Positions 39,501-47,844 of a stretch of 64,000 nt of DNA are shown piece by piece. The stretch is from assembly GCA_000002435.2 (NCBI GenBank), contig CM018793.1; one strand, 5' to 3'. Within the stretch, counting starts at the first letter, position 1. The number at the start of each line of letters is the position of its first letter. The DNA comes from Giardia intestinalis. Its lineage: Eukaryota. The translations under genes were made by a program, and so were the position numbers. Below the pieces are notes generated by a model. That model saw only the letters and a list, made by a program, of their open reading frames with translations, made no database searches and had not been told where the DNA came from.

Positions 39501-40242
39501 TGGCTTCACCATCAATAGCTAGCTTCACACCCTCTAGGGATCCCCTGCTGGCAGCTATCATGAGTGATGTAGTCCCGTCTGTTTTCTGCATCCCTATTTC
39601 GCGCTCCCGCAGCATCTCTGCTATCTTTCGATTCTCGTTTTCAACAGCTAGCATGAATGCTGTGGTGCCGTCGTGTGCTCGTCGACCAGCTTGTGTTATG
39701 AAGAGAGCTTCAGCTGCGTTAAAACGATTATCCTTTGTCGCATACATTAGCGCAGTCATCCCTATGTCATCCTTCAGATCCTCTTCATCATCAAGAAGCT
39801 TAAGCACAAGATGGTATTGATTCTGTTTTGCAGCTAACATCAATGCGCTGGCACCATCGTTCCGTTGCCGTCCTTTTTCGTAAGGGAGTAGCAATTCAGC
39901 GATTCCTGTACGAGAAGCTTCGATAGCTAGCATCAAGGCGGTTGATCCATTGCTGTCGACCCGATTGGCTTCAAAATCCTTAAGTATATTAACTGTCTTT
40001 TCATCTGCGTACTTTACCGCTAACATAAGTGCAGTGTAACCCTGGGAACTCACGGCACCGGCTTCATGTTCAAGTAAAATAGAGACCATCTGCGTATCTG
40101 AATGACAGGCAGCGACCATAAGCCCTGTCTCTCCTTTCTCGTTTTTAGTGGTCCTCATACTTTTGACACTTAACTTCACCACCTCATATCGTCCGGTGCT
40201 TATAGCATGAAACCACTCGGCTGCAGTAAAAACAGCTGTCAT
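36562..40242 (-). CDS. Very large ankyrin-repeat protein (about 33 tandem ANK repeats; Giardia 'protein 21.1' type), 1226 aa
   Basis: Continuous G-TALM.AA..GH...V..LL repeats run throughout. True ATG at 40240-40242, preceded by ggtcaaatttcaaaaatatatc. Confidence 0.85.
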   Translation of the reverse strand: MTAVFTAAEWFHAISTGRYEVVKLSVKSMRTTKNEKGETGLMVAACHSDTQMVSILLEHEAGAVSSQGYTALMLAVKYADEKTVNILKDFEANRVDSNGSTALMLAIEASRTGIAELLLPYEKGRQRNDGASALMLAAKQNQYHLVLKLLDDEEDLKDDIGMTALMYATKDNRFNAAEALFITQAGRRAHDGTTAFMLAVENENRKIAEMLREREIGMQKTDGTTSLMIAASRGSLEGVKLAIDGEAKMCNKKGATATYFAAEKGNYKLVEYLIAHGDHEGEVANQDKNNFVSILIAAEKGYSNIVDLLYPYQIEYTDIKQNSAMHIAAMHKHTEIVLKLVLMQAGLQNIDGVTALMISSDNGDISAVRALIDKEAGIQDKNGMTALMYAARSGNTEAVKLLFPREKLMKDAESQTALMYATQNGHTRAAFALMEEAMIRDKKGRTALMRAAETNDKGSVDALKSELRIQDRDGCTALMRAAERNHEKIIPSLLSVESSCVDKDGRTALIKAILAGHQSAALLLVDKEAGRADINGCTALMYAAEAGFDTLCGALKSELGRQDKEGKTALMKAIAKNAISCAFTLLPSERKKTDLTGLTALMEAARLGNLKLIKELLDYESRMVDVDGTTALMYALMYGHPDAADLLLEREGGTQRKDGLTAMHIAAEKGYTDIVQRLMELEINMNTLAGTSALMIASKLNHKEIVQMLFKGQSRRMDDMGRTALMMAAESNAVESVVILITNEIGQQDYSGCTALILALQANSLKVVDLLLSREVGIAENSGKTALMYAIECGHMSIAKQIIHMDYEKHARGVVYQRPEEYARVGFKELRARTKTGETAIIICARREGNEVLKELLKYEGDCCLDDGTTPLMAAICAGCEAAVKILAPVQAGRADSHRKTALMMAVERGLNFAIPLLISREGKMTTTTGETALMFAAQYDNREATRLLLAAEAQMTRRDGTTALWTASMLGHTEIVKILMGQEAKLRKTEDNMSCMMIAAKNWHNDIVRILLPLQARQATREGYTALMYAAMNGNIVGLSCLLPHEAHMVDLKGQTALMHAASVGTLPANTMRPCINFLSGAEVTAKDNQGLTALIYAVRHENAFAFPYLAEELTLTDNKGRSAYDHAIEIGSSFIKNLSELYASKAHLTPKVMYRFVTWLPAVVKRSLDSEFIRKQGYFALLIDVFCRTIIDDLDNPLISHERHARTCLETFLDLDSPGEIFRS

Positions 40243-41182
40243 GATATATTTTTGAAATTTGACCCAATAGTTCTGCCTTAGGGCAACTACGAGCCTTTAA
40301 AGCACTATTGTAATTCATCACCATACATGCTTCAGAAAAGCACATGTATCGTCATCTGTATTTCCATTAATTTCTACTCTGGACTGCAGCCAACCTAACT
40401 AGCCTGAAGAAAAGTTGCTTGCATAAATCGCCTTTAAGGTAATTATATGTTAATGTTTCGAAGAGTATTTACTTGTCCACACACTAATACAATGATAGAG
40501 ACACAAGCTATCGAAAAGATTACAGATTGCAAGTTTGCATAATAGTTAGCGCATTTCAAGAAGTCAAAACAGATACCGAAGAGCATAGATACACATCAGG
40601 GAATATAATTTGACTGAGGTTACCAACAGCAAGATTAAGTTTAGGATTTTCGTGGAACTAGATGTATTGTTCTGCAGTTTGAGCTTAACTGTGCATTCTC
40701 TCTTAGTTAACTAAAGTAGAGCAAACCAACATCTATACAAAATCCAAACTCAAAGCACATTGGCAGATATCCGTATTTACAACAAACCTTCTGGATTCAA
40801 AGGCTAACGTTAGCACTTTCTTCACACTATAATAGAGTAAGACCCAGCTGTCATCTGTTATCAATTGCATCATATTCCACCGCCCTCGATGTCTGCATGC
40901 TATTAGGATTGTTGTCCGCTACCTACTATGCTCCCCATAGTACTTTCGACATTTCTCTCTCAGTGGCGCAAAGGCCACCACCCAGTGATCGCGGATACTA
41001 CACATTCAAATGGGACGATAGATCGCGTTATTGTCATGCAACAATACTATCTTTAAGGTTGCTACATCTTCACATAAAGGCTTAGTTGTGGGGTGCGCTC
41101 CTCCAAGGCTACAAATTCAGACAGAGGCTTCTTCCTGTGGTGGCGTTGAGAAGAGAATTCACCGCCGCCCTGCACGCATGCC

Positions 41183-41623
41183 TCAGTGCATGCGGACGGG
41201 GAGGCCCCGGAGGCGGGCGACGCGGCGCGAGAGCAGGGCGACCTCGGCGTCGAGCTCGCAGACCTGGGCCCGGCGGCGGCGGATGAGCGCGTCGGCCTCG
41301 AAGGGCGAGAGGCCCAGGGCGGTCCCGGCCGGGAAGAGCGCCTGCCAGCGGGCCCCGGGGGAGGGCGGCATCGGGCGCTGCTGCGGGGCGTCCGGGGACG
41401 GGGGCGGGGCCGGCGCCTCCCGGAGCCCGGCGAGCACGGACAGGGCGTCGCGCGCGAACTCGTGCCCGAGGCGCTCCGGGGGCGGGACGTTCGGGTAGCC
41501 GGCGTCCGTGCAGCGGCGGAGCAGGTGCAGCAGCCCGCGCACCTCCCCGAGGCCCCCCGGGCCGGCCGCGCACCGGGCGAGGGCGTCGGCGAGCTCCAGG
41601 TACGCCTGCTCGGCGCTGGCCAT
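41183..41623 (-). CDS. Small hypothetical protein (146 aa) in the GC-rich island
   Basis: True ATG at 41621-41623, immediately preceded on the coding strand by tcatttattaaacagcg, an AT-rich patch. Within 70%-GC DNA that reads as an initiator. The overlapping ORFs in other frames look like GC-driven artefacts. Confidence 0.4.
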   Translation of the reverse strand: MASAEQAYLELADALARCAAGPGGLGEVRGLLHLLRRCTDAGYPNVPPPERLGHEFARDALSVLAGLREAPAPPPSPDAPQQRPMPPSPGARWQALFPAGTALGLSPFEADALIRRRRAQVCELDAEVALLSRRVARLRGLPVRMH

Positions 41624-41776
41624 CGCTGTTTAATAAATGAGTGTGGCCGGGCCCCTGCGCCGGGCTGGCGCTCGGGGGCGTCGGCGGGCTCTGGGAGGGC
41701 CGACTCTGCCCCGGGCCCCGGAGCCTTAAGTGCCCTCCGCGGGCAAGGACTGCCCGAAATTATTCGGGGAAGGCGT

Positions 41777-42172
41777 TTACAGGCGGTCCCCCTGGTCCTC
41801 CTCCAGGACGACGGCGGAGACGCCCCCGAACTGCTGGCAGAACGCGAGCATGTGGTAGAGGAGGGGGATCTCGTTGTTGATCGCGTCGGGCGACAGGCCG
41901 AGGGTCCGGATCAGGTACTCCCGGCTGACGGGGAGCGTCGGGATCCCCGCCTCGACCTCGAGGGTGCCGGCGGTGGAGTGGAGGCCCATGAAGCGGAAGA
42001 ACTCCGTGATGAGCTCCAGGATCACGTACGTCTCGCCCTCGGGCTGCGGGGGCGGGCTGGCCTTGTGGCCCTCGAGCGCGCGGAGGACGGACTCGCGGAC
42101 CTTCGCCTGCAGGACCGCGAGCTCGCCCCGCTGCTTCATGTTCTGGAGGATGATGCTCTTGATCTCGTCCAT
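41777..42172 (-). CDS. FOP/TONNEAU1 N-terminal dimerisation-domain protein (LisH-like; centrosomal FGFR1OP/CEP43-type N-terminus), about 131 aa
   Basis: From MDEIKSIILQNMKQRGELAVLQAKVRESVLRALEG...YVILELITEFFRFMGL...REYLIRTLGL...IPLLYHMLAFCQQ. Compare FOP: LRDLLVQTLENSGVLNRIKAELRAAVFLALEE...LVASLVAEFLQFF...RENLARDLGI...PLLLEVIRRCQQ. ATG at 42170-42172, preceded by gggataaaaataaagaccc. Confidence 0.55.
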   Translation of the reverse strand: MDEIKSIILQNMKQRGELAVLQAKVRESVLRALEGHKASPPPQPEGETYVILELITEFFRFMGLHSTAGTLEVEAGIPTLPVSREYLIRTLGLSPDAINNEIPLLYHMLAFCQQFGGVSAVVLEEDQGDRL

Positions 42173-44124
42173 GGCCCGGGTCTTTATTTTTATCCCGGCC
42201 CGGGGCTGCCCGCGGGCTGCACTTTCGGGGCTTGAATAGACACTCAATAGGCCACCGAGTAGCGCAAGATAGGTCTCATAATTGTACTAGCATCAAAGTA
42301 GACTATTGGTCTTCAGGCTAATTCATATGCAAACTTTCACGCCTATATCTCCTTCTACTCCTAATAGGATCCTCGAACCCATTAGATTATGCATATAAAA
42401 GGATGTGCTTCTCCAATAGGGATGAGACAACTAGAAGTATCAACGTCCATTGTGGCTACAACACACGTAGAAGAACCAAGGGATTAGTAAGCTTGGCAGC
42501 CTACGCATATAACAACCGTTAGTCATGATAATTTCAGAGAATTCTTACTGGATGTGAAGGAGGTGACCAGAATAAGGGTGACGTGATTAATCTTCTGGTG
42601 GCAGCAATTATAATGATCGATAGTGCGCTAGGCTGCGGCAGAGCAGAAGGCCACGCCGGGCGCCGTGATGTCGTTGGCAGCATTCTGCTTTGCAGCGAGT
42701 GCCATTGTGGCGACTGAGCCTCTGTTTGCAACCAGAGCAGCCGGGCTATCTGGAGCGATACATGCAGAAAAAAGCCTCACCAATGTCGTTGCGCCACGTA
42801 GTTCCGCCGCAGCCACACCGTTAATCCTGTCGGTTACGGCCTGCACAGCAGAGAGTCGGCGCCGGTCAACTTGCGCGCCCGCTTGCATGTGAGAAGCACC
42901 TGGAAAGTGTCGCTCGCTGTAAGAAGCCTGGGGAAGGCCGCCGGGCCAGCGGGGGCAGCCACGGATTGACCGACGAAGCGGCTCGATGGGCTGGGAATGC
43001 GCATGCGTCAGCCCTCAGATTCTCCAGCAGCGGAAGGCAAGCGCTGAAAGGCTCTCCGCAGCCCTTGCCAAAGCCCAGCAGCATGCACAGCAGCGCTGTA
43101 CCACACGCATAAACGCTCAGAAACGGAGCTGCGCCGGTGCCCAGGGGAGCGGTCAAGACGTCCCGCACAGTGTCTACGCCCCCGGTGACACAGAGCTCCG
43201 CAAGGGCTGCTCCGAATGTGGTGGCGTCGAGTAAATGCGCGCACACAAGACACAGCAGCAGCCTCGTTGTAGGCCAGTTGAGGACGCACTCGCTGCTCCA
43301 CCCCGAGCTGTAGGTCTGACAGCAGGACGATCCGCTCCAGCCTCTCGGGCCCCTCCCCTGCTGTGCGCGTTGCAAGGCTCGCTGCGAAGGCACACGAGGC
43401 AGGGCCGCGCCGTGCATCCTCGAGCAGGCCGTCACTCAGCGCCAGCAGCTCCGCGTCCTGCACGACGCCGCCGGTGGCGTGGTAGTTCGCCATCAGGGAG
43501 CGCAACGAAGACGCAAGCATGAGCCCTCCTCGGCAGCCTCTCCGGTTGTCCGCCTGTCCGGGAATTATTCTTGCCAAATTGCATACGATTGCATTTTGAG
43601 ATTTCGTCTCCTTCCGTGGTGGACTGGAGCTTCAGCGTAGCGTCGTGTCTCCCGGGCCCGTCCACGCAGTGGCAGGCTACAGAGCCCGTTTGGCTGTCGC
43701 ACAATGTACTGGCCTACCGGGCACGCTGGGCAGCATCTTAGCGCCTCCGACGACGAGGAGCCACTGGCCCTGGACTGCACCACTAGGTCGCCTATCGGGC
43801 ACGCGCATGCTTCTTTCCGGATCCCGTCCATCCAGCTGCCAGCCCCGGAGGCGGAGCAGGTCGGGAGGCACCCTTCTGGCGAGAGCACGACAGGCAGCAA
43901 GGGCCAGCAGCCTTGCCATGGTCGCCCTCCTCGGCAGAGAGCCCGGCCCATCGCCCACTCCCCGCGGCCTCCGAAGAGTCCTCGCCTCCTGGTCCACCGG
44001 TCCGCATGCGTATCTACTTGCCACGTTATAGTAGCGAAGCCCCTCACCTGTCTGGCTATTCTTCACTCGACGTGGAAGGTGTTTACATGCGTAATGCACC
44101 GGCCGTGGACCAAATCTTAAGTTT

Positions 44125-45453
44125 ATGGCGCCCAGGGCGTCGTCGCCGGCGGAGGCTCCCTCCTTTCCGCCTGTGTCCTCTGCGCTGCAGATGCTTGTGC
44201 GGCCGCCTGTTCCAGCGTCAACCGGCGGGCATGACCCCGGTGGGGCGAGTCGTCTCCGAGAGGGACGCAGAGCCTGCGACCTGCGTTCTAGGCTGGGCCT
44301 TCTTCTGGGCCAGGCTGACGCGATGTCGGGGAGAAGCCGAGTGGGCCCGGAGACGCACTGCGCAAGGCTCCACCAGCTTCTAGCGCGGCTCGCAAGGCTG
44401 CAGGAAACAGACCGCTTGCTGGACGCCATTGAGTGTTCGAGTGCCTGCATGGCACAGATCAGCGACCTGGCCTGCCTCCGGTGCCTTCTTCGCGCACACT
44501 CCGCCCTAAGCATATCCCCGCCTCCGGCTGGCCGTGGCGTCTCTCTAGAGAGGCAGCGGCAGTGCATAGCGTCGTCCATCTGTGAGCACTTTTCAGCAGG
44601 AATCCGAGGGGCGCTGGACAGGATCCTTGCTTCGCGCCTCCGCGCCTGCCACGAGACGCGCGCTCAAGCGCATCTTACAAAGCCAGAGGCCTCCGACCAG
44701 CTGGCTAGCCTCCTGTCCGGCCTCCGTGTGGAGGATGCTGCCCCCATTTCGGCGCACTGGAGCGACCAGCTCTTCTACACGGCTCTCTGCCGCGAAGCAG
44801 CCGTTGTCTGCGAGTCCCTGTCTTCACTCGCCCTTTCGGTGTCGGAACAGGTTAGGCGCCGTATGCACCTGGGCGACAGCGGACCCTTGACTGCGCTGCT
44901 CCACGCCGCGAGGTCTTTCGTTTCTGCGTGCGAGCACGCCTTTTCTGTGTCCTTCCCGACTGGGCTGATGAGTGAGAGCGGAGAGGCAGGCCTTTTGCTG
45001 AGCGGGATCGAAGAGACGGGGCCCTACTTTTCTGCGCGATTGAAGCTGGCCCGAGCAAGGGAGCGGCCTCGTTTAATCGGGCGGCTGTTCGGTCGGTCCG
45101 CTGCGTCCCCCATCGAGGCATATGTAGAGCGTATTCGTCAAAACTTCAGCGGCCCTGCAGCATGGGCTCCCCCCTACCCAGAGCCGGGCCAGAGCCTTAT
45201 GTCTGACAGCTCTGCTGCGAGGCGGTGGCACACTACCGGCGCAGGCCAGCTCTTCGTCGACTTCCTTGTTTTGTTTCTGGGGTCAATCTTTGATGCATTT
45301 ACTCTCGGGGATCAGATTGCAACCTTCCCCTCTATAGGCCTGTATCTCAGCAACAATCCAGTGGCGGAGGAAGGCGGGCTATTCGCACGGGTCTTCGCTA
45401 CATACTCAGGAATGGTTGCCAGTGAAGCAGGGAGTCTAAGGGCTATCGAGTAG
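44125..45453 (+). CDS. Hypothetical protein (442 aa) in the GC-rich island
   Basis: True ATG at 44125 after gaccaaatcttaagttt. The C-terminal two-thirds has protein-like composition. The N-terminus is very GC/Pro/Ala-rich, so the start is uncertain (alternative ATG at 44323). Confidence 0.4.
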   Translation: MAPRASSPAEAPSFPPVSSALQMLVRPPVPASTGGHDPGGASRLREGRRACDLRSRLGLLLGQADAMSGRSRVGPETHCARLHQLLARLARLQETDRLLDAIECSSACMAQISDLACLRCLLRAHSALSISPPPAGRGVSLERQRQCIASSICEHFSAGIRGALDRILASRLRACHETRAQAHLTKPEASDQLASLLSGLRVEDAAPISAHWSDQLFYTALCREAAVVCESLSSLALSVSEQVRRRMHLGDSGPLTALLHAARSFVSACEHAFSVSFPTGLMSESGEAGLLLSGIEETGPYFSARLKLARARERPRLIGRLFGRSAASPIEAYVERIRQNFSGPAAWAPPYPEPGQSLMSDSSAARRWHTTGAGQLFVDFLVLFLGSIFDAFTLGDQIATFPSIGLYLSNNPVAEEGGLFARVFATYSGMVASEAGSLRAIE

Positions 45454-45543
45454 AGCCATTACTCTGTCCCGACGAGCCGATCCCGCCTGCCACTCGTCGC
45501 CCGTGCAGCACTGTCCCTCCGGGCACACGACAAGGCGCCTCGT

Positions 45544-47691
45544 GTGCGACCAGGCCAGCGGGCTCCCCCCTGGGGCAGCCCTCGGAGTGGGAGTCTCAGA
45601 GAGGAGGCCGCCGGGGCACCCCCACCCGCTGCGCGCAATCCGGTCCACACCACAGCCTCTCTACTGATACCCCTGTTCGTGGTGAGCGCGCTTGCAGTAA
45701 CCTGCCAGACCGGCAAGTGCGAGACGGTCGGATCAGCCGAGATTTGCACCCAGTGCAGGGCCGGGGGCGTCCCGGTCGACGGCTTCTGCTGGCCCCCCGG
45801 CTCCCCCCAGGCCGCGGCAGCCGGGTGCACCGAGGAAGACGGGGCTACCCTCGACAAGACGGCAACCACCTGCGGGAAGTGCGGCGACGGGTACTTCCTC
45901 TTCATGGGAGGGTGCTACAAGGTAGGACAAGATCCTGGCAGTGAGATATGCACAACAGCCAGTGATGGAGTGTGTACTACTTGTAAGACAGATAACGGCC
46001 TGTTCAAGAACCCGGCTACAGCACCGAAGCCTGGTAGTGAGTGCATCCTGTGCTCTGATATCAAGGGAGCAGATGGATATACGGGAGTAGAGAACTGCGC
46101 ACAGTGTACCAAGTCAGACAGTAACAAGGGGGCTGCCACGTGTACAGAATGCCAAGATGGATATTATAAAGATGCTAAAGGCGCATGTGTACAATGCCAG
46201 GGGAACTGCGCCACTTGTGAGACATCGGCGACCCAGTGTACCTCTTGTAAAGCGGGCTTCTATCTGAAGGACGGCAATAGCTGTGTGGCAGAAGGAGAAT
46301 GCACAAACACCGTTTATCCTGACCCAGAGTCGGGGAAGTGCAAGGCATGTAGTACAATAACTGATTGCACAGAATGCTCCTTCGACAAGGCCACGGGGAA
46401 GCCTCAGTGCACAGCCTGCGGTAGTCAGAAGACCCCCAGGACGACCCTTGATGGGACCTCGACCTGCGTCGATAAAACGCTTGACGGGTGCAAGGGCGCT
46501 GACGGGGCCTTATTTATGAAGGACGATACCACATGCGCCCTTTGCGGCGATGCGTCCCCTGGCGCTGGCGCAAACGATAAGGGGATTGCCGGGTGTAAGA
46601 CATGTACTAAGCAGCAAAGTCAGAAACCAGAATGCACAAGTTGTTTGGATGGATACTTCTTTGAACAGTCATCAAAGACTTGTTCGGCTTGTGCCTCCAA
46701 CTGTGCCACCTGCACGTCAGCTGATGTGTCAACTTGTACTGAGTGCCTTCCTGGGTACTTCCTAAAAACCGAGGGTGAAACGAAGTGTGCTGCATGCGAC
46801 AGTACACCAGATGGTGGCCGCGAAGGGTGCAGTCTATGTTCTAGCAACGGTGGATTTAAGTGCACTGAATGTAAGCCTAACTATAAGAAGCAGTCCAATG
46901 GAGGAGCAGGGGATGACTATACGTGTACAAAGGTGTGTGAAGACCCCACTGCTTGTGGGGGGACAGCTGGCTCTTGTGATGCCATAGTGATCGGTGCTGA
47001 TGGAAAGGAGCTTCACTATTGCTCATACTGTGGGGAGAGTACTAAGGTACCAATTGATGGCATCTGTGCTACTGATAAGAAAGGTAATACTTGTAACAGT
47101 CATACATGTACACAGTGTGCTCAAGGGTACTTCTTATACATGAATGGCTGTTACAAGGTTGGTCAAGAACCAGGTAGTCATATGTGCAAGACAGCAGGTA
47201 ATACTGGGATATGCACAGAAGCGGCCAACAATAGATACTTCGTAGTCCCAGAGGCAACCAATGCTCAGCAGTCTGTACTAGCATGTGGTAACCCATTAGG
47301 CACACTAATAGGTACTCAAGACAATGCTAAGGCATACGTGGGGGTCGAGGGCTGCTCCCAGTGTACAGCCCCAGTAGCTCTGACTGAGGCTGGTATGGCT
47401 GCCGCTACATGCACCTCCTGTGACAGTGATAAGAAGCCCAACAAGGATGGCACCGGGTGTGTGCTGTGCTCTGTGGGTGATTGCAAGAGCTGTGTGGTGG
47501 ATGATGTGTGTGGGGAGTGTGTTGATGGGTACAGTCTAGACAGCAGTGGGACCTCCTGTGTGTCTATGAGTACCAACAGGAGCGGGCTCTCCACGGGGGC
47601 CATCGCGGGGATCTCCGTCGCTGTGGTCGTCGTCGTGGGGGGCCTCGTGGGCTTCCTCTGCTGGTGGTTCATATGTAGAGGGAAGGCATGA
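45544..47691 (+). CDS. Variant-specific surface protein (VSP), copy A, the most complete copy. It has no in-frame ATG before the signal-peptide-like segment, so it may be a pseudogene or a junction copy
   Basis: CxxC-rich ectodomain with GGCY motifs. It ends ...NRSGLSTGAIAGISVAVVVVVGGLVGFLCWWFICRGKA*. The signal-like segment TASLLIPLFVVSALAVTC (about 45649-45702) sits in an ORF that opens with GTG at 45544 inside the GC-rich block. The first in-frame ATG comes only at FLFMGGCYK. AGTGAAT lies 8 nt after the stop. Confidence 0.6.
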   Translation: MRPGQRAPPWGSPRSGSLREEAAGAPPPAARNPVHTTASLLIPLFVVSALAVTCQTGKCETVGSAEICTQCRAGGVPVDGFCWPPGSPQAAAAGCTEEDGATLDKTATTCGKCGDGYFLFMGGCYKVGQDPGSEICTTASDGVCTTCKTDNGLFKNPATAPKPGSECILCSDIKGADGYTGVENCAQCTKSDSNKGAATCTECQDGYYKDAKGACVQCQGNCATCETSATQCTSCKAGFYLKDGNSCVAEGECTNTVYPDPESGKCKACSTITDCTECSFDKATGKPQCTACGSQKTPRTTLDGTSTCVDKTLDGCKGADGALFMKDDTTCALCGDASPGAGANDKGIAGCKTCTKQQSQKPECTSCLDGYFFEQSSKTCSACASNCATCTSADVSTCTECLPGYFLKTEGETKCAACDSTPDGGREGCSLCSSNGGFKCTECKPNYKKQSNGGAGDDYTCTKVCEDPTACGGTAGSCDAIVIGADGKELHYCSYCGESTKVPIDGICATDKKGNTCNSHTCTQCAQGYFLYMNGCYKVGQEPGSHMCKTAGNTGICTEAANNRYFVVPEATNAQQSVLACGNPLGTLIGTQDNAKAYVGVEGCSQCTAPVALTEAGMAAATCTSCDSDKKPNKDGTGCVLCSVGDCKSCVVDDVCGECVDGYSLDSSGTSCVSMSTNRSGLSTGAIAGISVAVVVVVGGLVGFLCWWFICRGKA

Positions 47692-47698
47692 CTCAGGT

Positions 47699-47705
47699 AG
47701 TGAAT
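47699..47705 (+). promoter_or_regulatory. AGTGAAT polyadenylation-signal-like motif 8 nt after the VSP stop. It is repeated after every array unit that ends in CRGKA
   Basis: tga ctcaggt AGTGAAT gc. In D/G-type units the motif is preceded by a cttaggt variant. Confidence 0.5.
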
Positions 47706-47844
47706 GCTATACAATGTGTGATAGTGTGTGATAATGGGTGATAGAGGGTGATAGTGGAGTGAGATATGTACAAAGGCCAGTAATGGACTGTGCACTGCTT
47801 GTAAGACAGATAACAAGTACATATTCCAGAACAGGGCAGACAAG

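Noticed and set aside
41186-42235. A 349-aa plus-strand ORF (Arg/Gly/Ala-rich), with many overlapping ORFs between 41.1 and 45.5 kb
   Set aside because: At 70-75% GC, stop codons are rare in every frame. The translation is low-complexity RG/RA-rich. It lies antisense to two ORFs that have AT-rich initiators, one of which has a recognisable FOP-N domain. I treat it as a compositional artefact.
42534-44120. Several 150-300-aa overlapping ORFs on both strands (for example 43008-43577 minus, 42866-43435 minus, 43677-44579 minus, 43913-44383 plus)
   Set aside because: I cannot discriminate real from artefactual frames in this GC-rich stretch by eye. None has an AT-rich initiator directly at an ATG or a recognisable domain. 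The coding status is left unresolved rather than called.
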